Origin: a bacterium
GTDB lineage: Bacteria; Hinthialibacterota; Hinthialibacteria; Hinthialibacterales; Hinthialibacteraceae
Direction: 5' to 3'
Assembly (NCBI GenBank): GCA_963662285.2
Contig: CAXXMV010000002.1
Span: 544,001 to 608,000, forward strand
DNA: 64,000 nt
The notes under the pieces were generated by a model, which ran no database searches, was not told the DNA's origin, and worked only from the letters and a program-made list of their open reading frames with translations. Shown in pieces: positions 1-9,103 of the stretch (position 1 is the stretch's first letter; each line of letters starts with the position of its first letter). Position numbers and translations under genes: made by a program.

Positions 1-7
1 ATAAATG

Positions 8-28
8 GCCCGAGGTTAATCCACGGGC
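8..28. repeat. Short imperfect palindrome, REP-like
   Basis: gcccgagg-ttaat-ccacgggc imperfect hairpin upstream of rfbB; only one copy seen in the window. Confidence 0.3.
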
Positions 29-127
29 TTCTTTCACGAAGAGAGGCTTTTTTTTAATTCATCTATATTCAAGTGATAATAAAAAAGTGGACGTATTTTA
101 TCTGGTTTGAGGAAGGAATCCCATCTA

Positions 128-1153
128 ATGCAGCGTTTATTGATTACAGGCGGAGCGGGTTTTATCGGCGCTAATTTCATTCAATACATGCTTAAGAAAT
201 ACGAAGAGATTGAAATCGTCAATCTGGATAAACTGACATATGCAGGAAATCTTGAAAACCTGTGTGGAGTTGAACGGGACGCTAGATATAGTTTCTTTCA
301 GGGAGATATCGCCGACCGTCATCTGGTCAACGAAATCCTATCCTGCAAGGAATTTGATACTATAGTCAATTTCGCAGCCGAAACCCATGTTGACCGCTCG
401 ATCAGCCGACCAGACGATTTTCTGAAGACGGATATCTTCGGAACCTTCGCCCTGCTCGAAGCGACTCGCCAATGCAAAGTAAAACGGTATTTACAGATAA
501 GCACCGATGAGGTTTACGGCTCGATATCCAAAGGTGAATTCACTGAAAGCAGTCCTTTGACGCCATCATCTCCCTATTCAGCCAGTAAAGGCGGCGGTGA
601 CCTGCTCTGCATGGCTTATCATAAAACATACGGTCTTCCCGCTATCGTAACCCGCGCGGCCAATAATTATGGAGCGTTTCAACACCCCGAAAAATTCATT
701 CCCCTATTTGTAACCAATGCTATCGAAGACCAACCGCTTCCATTGTACGGCGATGGCAGCCAGGTTCGCGAATGGCTTTTTGTCGAAGACCACTGCCGCG
801 CTATTGAAACAGTGCTGCGTGAAGGCAAACCGGGCGAGATATATAATGTCGGCGGCCATTGTGAAGAACAAAACCGGGTCATCGCTGAATCTATCGTCGA
901 TCAACTGAAAAAATCTCGCGACCTGATTACCTATGTCGATGACCGACCCGGACACGATATCCGCTACGCCCTGGATGATTCAAAACTCAGAAACCTGGGC
1001 TGGAAACCGCAAGTCGCCTTGGACGAAGGTCTGGCCCGAACGGTTAACTGGTATAAAAAGAACAAGGACTGGTGGAAAAAAACCAAAGAAGCCGACTACA
1101 AAACCTACTACAAAAACCAATACGAAAAACGTTTCGCCAACGCCAAGGCGTAG
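128..1153 (+). CDS. rfbB: dTDP-glucose 4,6-dehydratase
   Basis: LITGGAGFIG, DKLTYAGN, FAAETHVDRSI, ISTDEVYG, YSASK and DRPGHDIRY motifs; ATG at 128 preceded by GAGGAAGG. Confidence 0.95.
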   Translation: MQRLLITGGAGFIGANFIQYMLKKYEEIEIVNLDKLTYAGNLENLCGVERDARYSFFQGDIADRHLVNEILSCKEFDTIVNFAAETHVDRSISRPDDFLKTDIFGTFALLEATRQCKVKRYLQISTDEVYGSISKGEFTESSPLTPSSPYSASKGGGDLLCMAYHKTYGLPAIVTRAANNYGAFQHPEKFIPLFVTNAIEDQPLPLYGDGSQVREWLFVEDHCRAIETVLREGKPGEIYNVGGHCEEQNRVIAESIVDQLKKSRDLITYVDDRPGHDIRYALDDSKLRNLGWKPQVALDEGLARTVNWYKKNKDWWKKTKEADYKTYYKNQYEKRFANAKA

Positions 1154-1253
1154 TAGATATTTGGCTTTTAATACAATCCGGGGTGTAGGATTAGAAACAT
1201 CCCTCTCCCAAGACTGGGATAGGGATATTGAGGGTTGATAATGACCACATGTG

Positions 1254-2530
1254 CTACTGATAAATTTCCCAATTATTAACCTGGCTGTCATAAATAATGG
1301 TTGTGTTTTCGTCCTGGAATATGGCTAGGCCGTCTTCGCCGGATTCTATGTCTTTTAATGGATCACCTACACCGCCCTTGCCGCCTATAGCTTTGACGTT
1401 GGATAGGGTAATGCTTGAGTTGGTGATGTAAATTCCGCAACCGCCATCAGCGGAATCAACAGGCAATTTGGGATTCTCATCAATATTAAGCCCTAGTTGT
1501 CCACTGACGCCATTGCCTCCGATGCACTCGCCGCCCAGAATGGTTATGGCGTGGGAATTCATGATTTCGATTCCCGGTCCGGCTGGTATCATCTTTCTGG
1601 CATTCTTATCAATGTTATATACCTCACCGCCCCAGTTGTTGCGCTTCCGTGCATATCAAATACAACATTAGAGCAGTCTACAATGAATACGCCCGCTAAT
1701 CCCTTATTCCTATCAGGCGCTATCCAATATGATTCTGATGGGATATTATAACTATTATGAGTTCCTGAATTTATGTAAGAGCGTTCAATGTGAATATTTG
1801 CATTACGTATCTTCTCAAATGTAATGGCTCTGGCGCCAATGTCGGTATTACACCTGATTTCCGAATCGGTGATTCGAATATAGGAGGAATCGGTCTGATA
1901 TATATAGATCGCGGGAGTTGCAATTTTAGATGAATTGACATGATAATCAGATGAACCAATGTTGCTTTTACCAATTATTATGGAATTGATAACTTCTACA
2001 TCGCTTTGTATTTTGAAGATACCAGTGATATCTACGTTATCCAAAGTAAGTTTCCCCGATATTACTTGAATGGGATTTGGATAATGCGTATATCCACTAA
2101 CTATAAATGGACTATTTAGCATTAGGTTTTTAATTACAACATTAGAGTTTTGCACTATTAAGGCATTGTCTTTGCTGGTAGGTTCGATGTTGGAATACGA
2201 ACTAGTAAGAAAAATGAAATAATTGCTGTGAATAATCTTCACTCTTTCATTTGGAATAGTACCGATAATAGTAAGGTTTTTATCCTTGATTAGAATCCCG
2301 TTTCTTTGACTTGCCATTGTTGTATCTGGATTTTCTTTTAAAAAATAAACATCATGTTGATTAATCTGAATAACATCGCCGCTAGAGGCTGCTTCAACTG
2401 CTTCCTGGATGGAAGCATAATCTTCTGGTAGGTTAATGATTCTGGCGTGGGCTGAATGAAAGTGAGTGGTGATAATGCATAATGCTATCGAATAAGCAAT
2501 GCGATGGATGAGTGATTTTAGGATAAACAT
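1254..2530 (-). pseudogene. Secreted right-handed beta-helix (pectin-lyase-like) protein split by a 1-nt frameshift
   Basis: Signal peptide followed by INLPEDYASIQEAVEAASSGDVI; adding one base at the C4 run (1630-1633) joins ORFs 1589..2539 and 1254..1592 as ...TTGGGEVYNIDKNARKMIPAGPG... Confidence 0.65.
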
Positions 2531-2555
2531 TATTTCCACCTTATGTTAAAAATCA

Positions 2556-2579
2556 GGAGGGTATGCTTCCATACCCTCC
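2556..2579 (-). terminator. Intrinsic terminator downstream of the WD40 gene
   Basis: ggagggtatg-cttc-cataccctcc stem, followed on the minus strand by tgattttt. Confidence 0.6.
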
Positions 2580-2609
2580 CTTGTTTGAATCTATCATGAT
2601 TTATCTGAA

Positions 2610-3506
2610 TTAACCATTAAAATCCCAAATGTTCACTTGGGCGCCATTTACGGTTAAGTACCGTTTACCATCAGGAAAGAACTTGATCATTTCATCGTTA
2701 TAATTCTGGTTAAAGTTACGAATAGCATTATTAAAGAAACGAATAGAATCTTTACTAACCAACGTAGAATTTTTTTCATCGTCACTATGCAGGATTTTTG
2801 ATATTTCCGATTCAACCCCGTATAGTTCGCGATCATATAACCGATTTTCTTTGTGATCGTAGTTGGCTACTTTGCCAAGAATTATCTTTTCTCCAGATGG
2901 ATCGACAGCCACGCATTTCATGGTTTGATACATGTCAGTTTCGTATTGTTTGGTCTCCTGTAATTCAAGTCCTTCTACTAAAAACATACGAACCAAGTTA
3001 CCTTGATTGCTTACTAACATTTCACCATCCCTGGCAAAACTGACGCTCTTAGACCAGATATGTTCAGACTGTTTTCCGGTTTTCAGGTCAAGAAGATAAA
3101 AATTAGATGCCTTTTGTACTATAAGAGTGATTTGATTGGGCATCAGTTGAATTGATCGGATATCTCCCAGGTTTTCGAAACGTTTCAACTCCTTTAATGT
3201 TTGCAAATCCCATATCTGAACAACGCCAAGGTTATTGGCAGTAATGGCGCGTTCGCCCGATTCCATGAAGCAGACGCCGTTAACAAAAGGATGATCAACG
3301 TATGCCCGTTCCATATTTCCTGAAGTCTCTAGAGACGCCAGTTCAATGTTGGTATTAATATCCCACAATTTGGCTGTAAGACCATGAGCGCCTGATAGAA
3401 CCTTTTGTCCATCGGGTGAAACAGCGATGCTTTTTATCCAGTTTTTTTCACCATGAATTTTATTCAGGGCGATTCTTTCACCTGTTTGGGTATCCCAAAC
3501 AATCAA
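2610..3506 (-). CDS. WD40 beta-propeller protein, probably 5'-truncated
   Basis: SIAVSPDGQKVLSGAHGLTAKLWD, VQIWD and VNIWD repeats; ORF starts mid-repeat (in-frame TGARNLIVWD directly after a TAA). Confidence 0.7.
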   Translation of the reverse strand: MIVWDTQTGERIALNKIHGEKNWIKSIAVSPDGQKVLSGAHGLTAKLWDINTNIELASLETSGNMERAYVDHPFVNGVCFMESGERAITANNLGVVQIWDLQTLKELKRFENLGDIRSIQLMPNQITLIVQKASNFYLLDLKTGKQSEHIWSKSVSFARDGEMLVSNQGNLVRMFLVEGLELQETKQYETDMYQTMKCVAVDPSGEKIILGKVANYDHKENRLYDRELYGVESEISKILHSDDEKNSTLVSKDSIRFFNNAIRNFNQNYNDEMIKFFPDGKRYLTVNGAQVNIWDFNG

Positions 3507-3689
3507 ATTTCTGGCGCCAGTTTATAATACGCTTTATTTAGAGAAACGCTCGAAAACCAAAAGTCAATTAACACAGCCTAGGAGTATAGAAAAAAGCAGC
3601 ACGCTAAGCAATAAACATGCCAATAAAACAGCATTCCGAATTTCCCCTAAAAAAAATTCCTTTTTGCTCTATCTTTTTATTGGATCATT

Positions 3690-3698
3690 TGGTATAAT
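3690..3698 (+). promoter_or_regulatory. Extended -10 sigma70-type promoter for the KamA-family gene
   Basis: TGGTATAAT matches TGnTATAAT, ~170 nt upstream of the start codon. Confidence 0.45.
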
Positions 3699-3865
3699 GT
3701 CAGTATGATTAATAATTATATGATTTGTAAATTGATGTATTCATGTTCTATGCAGAGAACCTGGATGGTTTGGGAAGCCTCCCGCAAACCATTCTCTCAT
3801 GCACATTCCTTATGAGCGTTCCTTACGCTCACCCCATCATCTCTGCTCTCTTATAATGCAATGAA

Positions 3866-4993
3866 ATGAAAGGAGTAATTTTTGTGTTTACAAAAACTAA
3901 ACGAGTTCGTTATATTCGCGATCTACAACTAATTCCACAACTATCATCCGAGGAAAGGGAGAAGTTAAAAGCAGTCTCGAAGAAATATGCTTTTCGCGCT
4001 AATGATTACTACCTTGGCCTGATTGACTGGTCCGATAAGAATGATCCGATTCGTCATTTGATTATCCCTCATGAAACTGAAATGACTGACTGGGGTCATC
4101 TTGACGCCAGCAACGAGGCGGCATATACCAAAGCGCGCGGCGTTCAGCATAAATATAAAGATACTGTAATTTTGCTTTGCAACGAAGTTTGTGGATCATA
4201 TTGTAGATATTGTTTCCGTAAAAGACTTTTTATGAATGAAAATCATGAAGTTACAATCAATATTAATGAAGGCTTGAAATATATAACTGAAAATCCTGGA
4301 GTTACGAATGTTCTTTTAACTGGGGGCGATCCTCTGCTGCTATCCACTAACCGCCTCACTATGATATTGGATGAGTTGCGTAGAATCCCTCATGTTCAGA
4401 TTATCCGTATAGGAACCAAAATGCCCGCCTTTGATCCCTGGCGCATTCTGGATGATGAAGAATTATTGGATACCTTCGAGCGGGTTAGCCGTTCAGATAA
4501 ACGGTTATATTTGATGATGCACTTTGATCATCCCCGTGAACTGACCGAGCCGGCTATCGCCGGGATCGACCGCCTCATCAAAAAAGGCGTTATATGCTGC
4601 AACCAATGCCCCATCATAAAAGGAGTAAATGACAACTCCGACACGCTGACTGAACTGTTCCGCTTGCTTTCTTACGCCGGTTGCCCGCCATATTACATAT
4701 TCCAGGGACGACCAACCAAAGGCAATGAACCCTATGAAGTACCCATTGCCCGTGGATACCAGTTGATTCAAAACGCAATCAAACGATCTTCCGGCCTGGC
4801 CGCTCGGGGACGCTTCGTCATGTCTCATGCATCCGGGAAAATTGAAATATCCGGACTCGATGAAAAATACATCTATTTGAAATATCTTCGCGCTCATCAC
4901 CCGGTGAATATCGGCAAAACCATGCGCTTCCATCGCGATGACTCAGCCTATTGGCTGGATCAACTAAAACCCGCCGACGTGAATGATGGCTGA
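3866..4993 (+). CDS. KamA-family radical SAM protein (lysine 2,3-aminomutase-like)
   Basis: HKYKD, CGSYCRYCFRKR, LLTGGDPL, IRIGT, HFDHPREL, KGVND and PYY motifs. Confidence 0.9.
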   Translation: MKGVIFVFTKTKRVRYIRDLQLIPQLSSEEREKLKAVSKKYAFRANDYYLGLIDWSDKNDPIRHLIIPHETEMTDWGHLDASNEAAYTKARGVQHKYKDTVILLCNEVCGSYCRYCFRKRLFMNENHEVTININEGLKYITENPGVTNVLLTGGDPLLLSTNRLTMILDELRRIPHVQIIRIGTKMPAFDPWRILDDEELLDTFERVSRSDKRLYLMMHFDHPRELTEPAIAGIDRLIKKGVICCNQCPIIKGVNDNSDTLTELFRLLSYAGCPPYYIFQGRPTKGNEPYEVPIARGYQLIQNAIKRSSGLAARGRFVMSHASGKIEISGLDEKYIYLKYLRAHHPVNIGKTMRFHRDDSAYWLDQLKPADVNDG

Positions 4994-5031
4994 TAAATTA
5001 ATATTAAACTGACGTTTTAGAAGATTTTTTG

Positions 5032-5069
5032 AAAAAGCCGCGTTGTTTGAAAAAACAACGCGGCTTTTT
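5032..5069. terminator. Bidirectional intrinsic terminator
   Basis: aaaaagccgcgttgttt / aaacaacgcggcttttt perfect inverted repeat between convergent genes. Confidence 0.85.
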
Positions 5070-5190
5070 GATATTTAGCGCCTTATCTCTATATATCAGA
5101 CATACAATCCACAGTATTTTGTATCTCGAATACGATATCGAATCCAATATGTCAAACTACCCAGGATAGCCCTACCACCTAATCGAAACA

Positions 5191-5233
5191 AATCCTGAGT
5201 ATCCTTAAATCCTGCATATCCAGATTCAGACAA
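5191..5233. repeat. Short 9-nt-period ATCC repeat element
   Basis: aatcctgag-tatccttaa-atcctgcat-atccagatt-cagacaa; resembles dispersed short intergenic repeats seen in other bacteria. Confidence 0.45.
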
Positions 5234-5365
5234 AAACACTATGACACATTAAATATCAAATTTCTGAATGAAATTTAGAGTGGTTATTAAGGTAATGTGC
5301 ATTAAAGCGATGGTTTATAATCGCGCATATATGGATATTTAAATAAAATATTAGTGAAGTAATCT

Positions 5366-5773
5366 CTATAACAGGAGAAAAGAAGCTGTTTCGAGGATAT
5401 CGTTTTTACGGAAAGGTTTAGATAGATAATAACGAATCCCGGCTTCAAGACTTTTCTTCCGGGATTCTTCATTGGGGTAAGCGGTGATCAGAATGATTTT
5501 GGAGGTTGGTTTTTGCGTTCTGATTCGTATGGCGAATTCTACGCCATCCAGTTTGGGCATATTCTTATCGACGATCATCAAATCAAAATCCTGCGAGAGA
5601 GCGCAGCCCATAGCGGTGATTGGATCGCATATACGCGTAACTTTGCATCCCTGTAAAGAAAAAACTTCATCCAAGGCTTCTGCGTAATCATCATCATCAT
5701 CGACTATCAAAATTTTTTTACCAGTCAGAAGTTCACGCATTATCCGATTATTGTTTTCCTGAGGTTTAGACAT
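5366..5773 (-). CDS. Single-domain response regulator (receiver)
   Basis: ILIVDDD, DLMIVDKNMPKLDG, IILITA and YLSKPF motifs. Confidence 0.92.
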   Translation of the reverse strand: MSKPQENNNRIMRELLTGKKILIVDDDDDYAEALDEVFSLQGCKVTRICDPITAMGCALSQDFDLMIVDKNMPKLDGVEFAIRIRTQKPTSKIILITAYPNEESRKKSLEAGIRYYLSKPFRKNDILETASFLLL

Positions 5774-5798
5774 TATTTAATAACCGTTGTTTCTTATA

Positions 5799-5815
5799 AG
5801 CATCTTATGTGCCAA
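5799..5815 (-). promoter_or_regulatory. Sigma54 (-24/-12) promoter for the receiver gene
   Basis: Minus strand TTGGCACATAAGATGCT gives GG-N10-GC, ~26 nt before the ATG at 5773. Confidence 0.65.
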
Positions 5816-5855
5816 AATCTAGTTAATACTGTTTCTTTTTGAAATAAGTCAATTT

Positions 5856-7253
5856 CTACTCTTCACGTTGGTTTAATTTTGGCAGCCTTCGGTACAGGGA
5901 ACTTCTCGAAAGACCTAAAATTCTCGCGGTTTCTTCCTTATTGCCTCCTGTGGATTTTAAGGTCTTGCGGATAATCTCAAGTTCCGCGTCTTCCAGAGTG
6001 GAGCCTAATGGAATCAATATGTTATTCGATAGATAGGATGTGTTTTCGGAGTCTTGAGTAATGCTTTCCGCTGGTTTATCCAAGATTTCTTCAGGGAGGT
6101 CTTTGATCTCAACCCGCGAATTGGTAGCAAAAATAGCAGCGTGTTCCACTGAATGTTGTAATTCGCGTACATTACCCGGCCAGGAATGCAATAAAAATTG
6201 TCTAATTACCGCTGGATCAAAATCTTTAAGCTCTTTGCCAGTCTCTTCACTGTATCGTTTTAGGAATGCCTGCGCCAAAATTGGGATATCATCTTTTCTT
6301 TCATATAGCGGAGGTATATGGATTTGGATTACTCTTAACCGGTAATAAAGGTCTTCGCGAAATTTCTTTTCAGCAATGCTGGCTTGCAGGTTCTTATTTG
6401 TAGCGGCAATCACGCGAACATCTACGTGAATAGTGGTGCTGCTTCCAACTTTTTCCAATTCAGAATCCTGCAGGATGCGAAGCAGGCGCTGTTGAGCGCT
6501 GGCGGACATTTCGCCAATCTCATTGAGAAAGATTGTTCCGCCGTCAGCCAGTTCGAAGCGACCCTTGCGGTCTTTGATGGCGCCAGTGAACGAACCCTTT
6601 ACATGCCCGAATAACTCAGATTCGAGCAGAGATTCTGGAAGGGAAGCGCAATCCACCTTGATCATCGGTTTGTTATTACGGCGGCTTTGTTCGTGAATCT
6701 CTTGAGCTACCTGATCTTTGCCGGTGCCGGTCTCGCCAGTTATTAAGACTGTGCTTCTGGTTGGCGCAACTTGCTCAATAATATGTAATATCCGCTTCAT
6801 GCCCTGGGATTTACCAAGCAATCGACCTGAATGGCGGGCTGCTTGCCTGCGCCATTCGTCTCTTTCTTCTATCAGTTGTTTCTGTTCTATGGCCCGTTCG
6901 ACGACTAATCGTAGTTCTTTGAATAATGAGCGCGAGCCTTTAATCAGATAATCCATGGCGCCCAGGCGCATGGCTTCAACAGCAGTATCCACATCTCCGA
7001 CGCCAGTTACCATCACAACCTGGATTTCCTGTTTCATCTCTTTTATATGGCGCAGTACATCAAGACCGTCAGCGCCGGGCAGCATGATGTCACAGATAAC
7101 CACATCAATGTCGTGCATGTGGATCAGTTCGATGGCTTTCTCGCCAGTTACGGCTTCGAGAAAGCACCTTTCATTTCCTTCGAGCGTTTCGCGGAGGCTC
7201 TCGCGGAAATCGGCGTCATCTTCTATTATTAATATGGTTCGTTGTATGGCCAC
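5856..7253 (-). CDS. NtrC-family sigma54-dependent response regulator (REC-AAA+-HTH)
   Basis: Receiver domain; Walker A GETGTGKD; [15 protein letters not shown]; FREDLYYRL; WPGNVREL; C-terminal Fis-type HTH ([16 protein letters not shown]). Confidence 0.95.
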   Translation of the reverse strand: MAIQRTILIIEDDADFRESLRETLEGNERCFLEAVTGEKAIELIHMHDIDVVICDIMLPGADGLDVLRHIKEMKQEIQVVMVTGVGDVDTAVEAMRLGAMDYLIKGSRSLFKELRLVVERAIEQKQLIEERDEWRRQAARHSGRLLGKSQGMKRILHIIEQVAPTRSTVLITGETGTGKDQVAQEIHEQSRRNNKPMIKVDCASLPESLLESELFGHVKGSFTGAIKDRKGRFELADGGTIFLNEIGEMSASAQQRLLRILQDSELEKVGSSTTIHVDVRVIAATNKNLQASIAEKKFREDLYYRLRVIQIHIPPLYERKDDIPILAQAFLKRYSEETGKELKDFDPAVIRQFLLHSWPGNVRELQHSVEHAAIFATNSRVEIKDLPEEILDKPAESITQDSENTSYLSNNILIPLGSTLEDAELEIIRKTLKSTGGNKEETARILGLSRSSLYRRLPKLNQREE

Positions 7254-8443
7254 TAGTCTAAATTATCCTCTATTGGTATTAAGATATGGATGGAGGTTCC
7301 TTTACCTGATTCAGATTCAATCGATATAGTACCCTTATGATTCTCAACAATCTCACATGCAAGATAAAGACCCAGTCCTGTACCAATACTTTTAGTGGTG
7401 GTGAATGGATCAAAAACGGTCTCTTTAATTTCGTCTGGCATGCCTGGGCCATTGTCAATAATGCAAAATTCAATGTAGTCATCCATGCGTTGAGCGGTTA
7501 ATTCAATTTCGCCATATTCTATTGGAGAGAACTGGATTGCTTCGTAGGAGTTTTTTACCAGATTGGCGAATACTCGATGAAATTGTTGTGGATCAAAATA
7601 TGCAGAGCCAATATCGTCATTAATGGATGCTTTGACCGAGAATCTATCAGAATGATACTGTTCTTTGAGTTCCAAGACCAAATCATCCAAAAATTGTTTA
7701 ATATCTATATCCTGTTGCTCCATCGTTCTACTTTTTGATAAATGGAGATAATTGTTGGCGATTTCTTCTAATCTCGATATCTGGCGTTGAATATCGGATG
7801 AACATTTATCAAGTGATTGGCGATGACGGTCAGGGTCGCCTTTACCCCATTCTTCAAATGTCATGTCCAGGCGTTCAAGCAGCAGGTCTGATTTCAAAAA
7901 AAGCACTCCCAGAGGAGTACGAATCTCATGCGCCACCTTGGCTGCAACTCGAGCCATGGCGTTATTTCGTTCTAATTTTTCAACTTTTTTGATTAATTGT
8001 TTGTGTTCGCTTTTAAGTTGTTTTCTCTCTTTTTGCAGTTTTTGATTTTCTGATATATCTTTAAAGATAACCAGGAAGGCCACTGTTTCACCCGATGAGT
8101 TTTTTAAGGGTATCCTGGTAAGTTGTACATTTACGTGTTGTCCATCACGATTAAGGCGAACGGTGTCTATATGTACTACTCCCACATCGCCCTTAACCTG
8201 GTTTCGCATAGCTTGACGGACTTCGTTTCTCAATTCGGGAGGAATGACTATATCTACTGATTTGCCGATAATTTCCTCACGTCTATATCCAAGCAGACGT
8301 TCGGCTCCCTTGGTCCATGAAATGACTTGCCCGTCGACATCCATCTGAATTATGCCATCGGTTGATCCTTCCACAATAGCCGAAAGAATAGCATCTTCGG
8401 AAATGCAGGCTTTAACCTCATTGTTACTCATTTGTTCATCCAT
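7253..8443 (-). CDS. Cytoplasmic PAS-domain histidine kinase
   Basis: PAS (SWTKGAERLLGY..EIIG), H-box AHEIRTPL, N-box NLVKNS, DNGPGM, FDPFTTTK, GTGLGL; stop overlaps the next gene's start. Confidence 0.93.
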   Translation of the reverse strand: MDEQMSNNEVKACISEDAILSAIVEGSTDGIIQMDVDGQVISWTKGAERLLGYRREEIIGKSVDIVIPPELRNEVRQAMRNQVKGDVGVVHIDTVRLNRDGQHVNVQLTRIPLKNSSGETVAFLVIFKDISENQKLQKERKQLKSEHKQLIKKVEKLERNNAMARVAAKVAHEIRTPLGVLFLKSDLLLERLDMTFEEWGKGDPDRHRQSLDKCSSDIQRQISRLEEIANNYLHLSKSRTMEQQDIDIKQFLDDLVLELKEQYHSDRFSVKASINDDIGSAYFDPQQFHRVFANLVKNSYEAIQFSPIEYGEIELTAQRMDDYIEFCIIDNGPGMPDEIKETVFDPFTTTKSIGTGLGLYLACEIVENHKGTISIESESGKGTSIHILIPIEDNLD

Positions 8444-8811
8444 AATTTATACAACGTTGACTCTTTATTAACGTAATTATTTATAAAATTATACGCTTCT
8501 CTATGCAAAGTATATTAAACTAATAACTATTACTAAATGACTAATAGAGCAATTGTCAATCCAAAGTATTTAAGCGGTTGTTAAAGTTGCCAATTCAAGG
8601 AACTTAAAATAAGTTTTATATTTTATTAAAAAATATATTTTCAGTGACTATACGAAGATAACTTAATATTTTATTGCTTTATATATTAAAATATTAACTA
8701 ACGCCCAATAATACTTATTTGATTTAACTCCTTTTTTTATGTATATGTCATTAACTTATTATTGTCATAACAAAAAATGAACATTTGTTATGTATCAATA
8801 TTAACACTAAT

Positions 8812-8848
8812 TCCCAAAATCGGGACGGCTCTAGTGTCATTAATGAGA
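8812..8848 (+). promoter_or_regulatory. Putative tandem enhancer (UAS) sites for a sigma54 activator
   Basis: Two related 14-bp imperfect palindromes, tcccaaaatcggga (8812-8825) and tgtcattaatgaga (8835-8848), 23 bp apart in an AT-rich intergenic region. Confidence 0.45.
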
Positions 8849-9001
8849 ATATAGGTGTTGTAATATTATTTTTCATCCAAAATCAAAAAATAGAATATTC
8901 TTATTGAAGATAATTATCTTGTTTACTTAAATCACATATAATCAGATACTAACAAGATTACGCGGAAACATGTGAGTATTTTATTGAGTTTTGTCTATGG
9001 A

Positions 9002-9018
9002 TTGGCATGATTACTGCG
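9002..9018 (+). promoter_or_regulatory. Sigma54 (-24/-12) promoter
   Basis: TTGGCATGATTACTGCG gives GG-N10-GC; predicted +1 near 9029. Confidence 0.6.
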
Positions 9019-9028
9019 ATATTAAATA

Positions 9029-9101
9029 AGTATAATAAACATCCCATTCTCCCCATTTCGCTGCCTGCCATCCTCCCCAAATTATGGCAGGCACTTTTTT
9101 T
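9029..9101 (+). ncRNA. Putative sigma54-dependent small regulatory RNA (~73 nt)
   Basis: Lies between a sigma54 motif and a terminator whose U-tract is on the + strand; no + strand ORF; C-rich single-stranded motifs (UCUCCCC, CCUCCCC). Confidence 0.5.
9062..9101 (+). terminator. Intrinsic terminator (+ strand)
   Basis: tgcctgccat-cctccccaaatt-atggcaggca followed by cttttttt. Confidence 0.8.
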
Positions 9102-9103
9102 GC

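Noticed and set aside
3750-3860. Lysine or SAM riboswitch upstream of the KamA-family gene
   Set aside because: Conserved core motifs not recognised; kept only as an unassigned structured element
9031-9036. TATAAT as the promoter of the putative sRNA
   Set aside because: No clear -35 at proper spacing; the exactly spaced sigma54 motif and upstream palindromes fit better, though this is not excluded
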